Source: Octopus vulgaris (taxonomy: Eukaryota). From it: a DNA stretch of 64,000 bases. The notes under the pieces were generated by a model. The model was given only the letters and a program-made list of their open reading frames with translations. It was not told where the DNA came from and ran no database searches. Positions 63,809-64,000 of this stretch are shown here, one piece after another. The stretch lies in NCBI GenBank assembly GCA_951406725.2, contig OX597822.1, forward strand, positions 93,248,001 to 93,312,000, written 5' to 3'. Each line of letters starts with the position of its first letter. The stretch's first letter is position 1. The position numbers and the translations under genes were made by a program.

Positions 63809-64000
63809 GTGGAGGCGCAATGGCCCAATGGCTAGGGCAGCGGACTCGCGGTCGGAGGATCGCGGTTTCGATTCCCAGACCGGGCGTTGTGTGTGTTTAT
63901 TGAGCGAAAACACCTAAAGCTCCACGAGGCTCCGGCAGGGGGTGGTGGTGATCCCTGTTTTACTCTTTCGCCCCAATTTTCTCTCACTCTTTCTTCCTGT
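63809..64000 (+). mobile_element. SINE family C copy running off the window end
   Basis: Matches 2255-2446. Confidence 0.9.

Overview
This is a eukaryotic, AT-rich, repeat-saturated 64 kb window with no intact protein-coding gene. The repeat families and extreme microsatellite load look like an octopus (cephalopod) genome; that assignment is from recall, not a search. Almost all ORFs in the supplied track are translations of microsatellites or SINEs. The real content is: three tRNA-derived SINE families (called A, B and C here, about 35-40 copies in total); decayed non-LTR retrotransposons (R4/Dong-like with restriction-like endonuclease, and Tx1/L1-like); Penelope-like elements with GIY-YIG fragments and several hammerhead ribozyme motifs; mariner, Tc1 and Tigger relics; hAT-type MITEs; non-autonomous Helitrons; and a 17-bp minisatellite with a 79-bp higher-order repeat. 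A probable minus-strand exon (30906-31212) and a few unique CpG-rich islands suggest the window lies in the introns or 5' region of a large gene. The most interesting signals are an apparent partitioning of retroelement clades among microsatellite motifs ((TAA)n, (TACA)n, (TATC)n/(ATC)n, (TA)n), a SINE carrying a Tx1-like 3' tail and a recurrent two-tailed dimer form, and a set of canonical and variant-core minimal hammerheads. Boundaries of decayed elements were read by eye and are approximate to about 10-20 bp.
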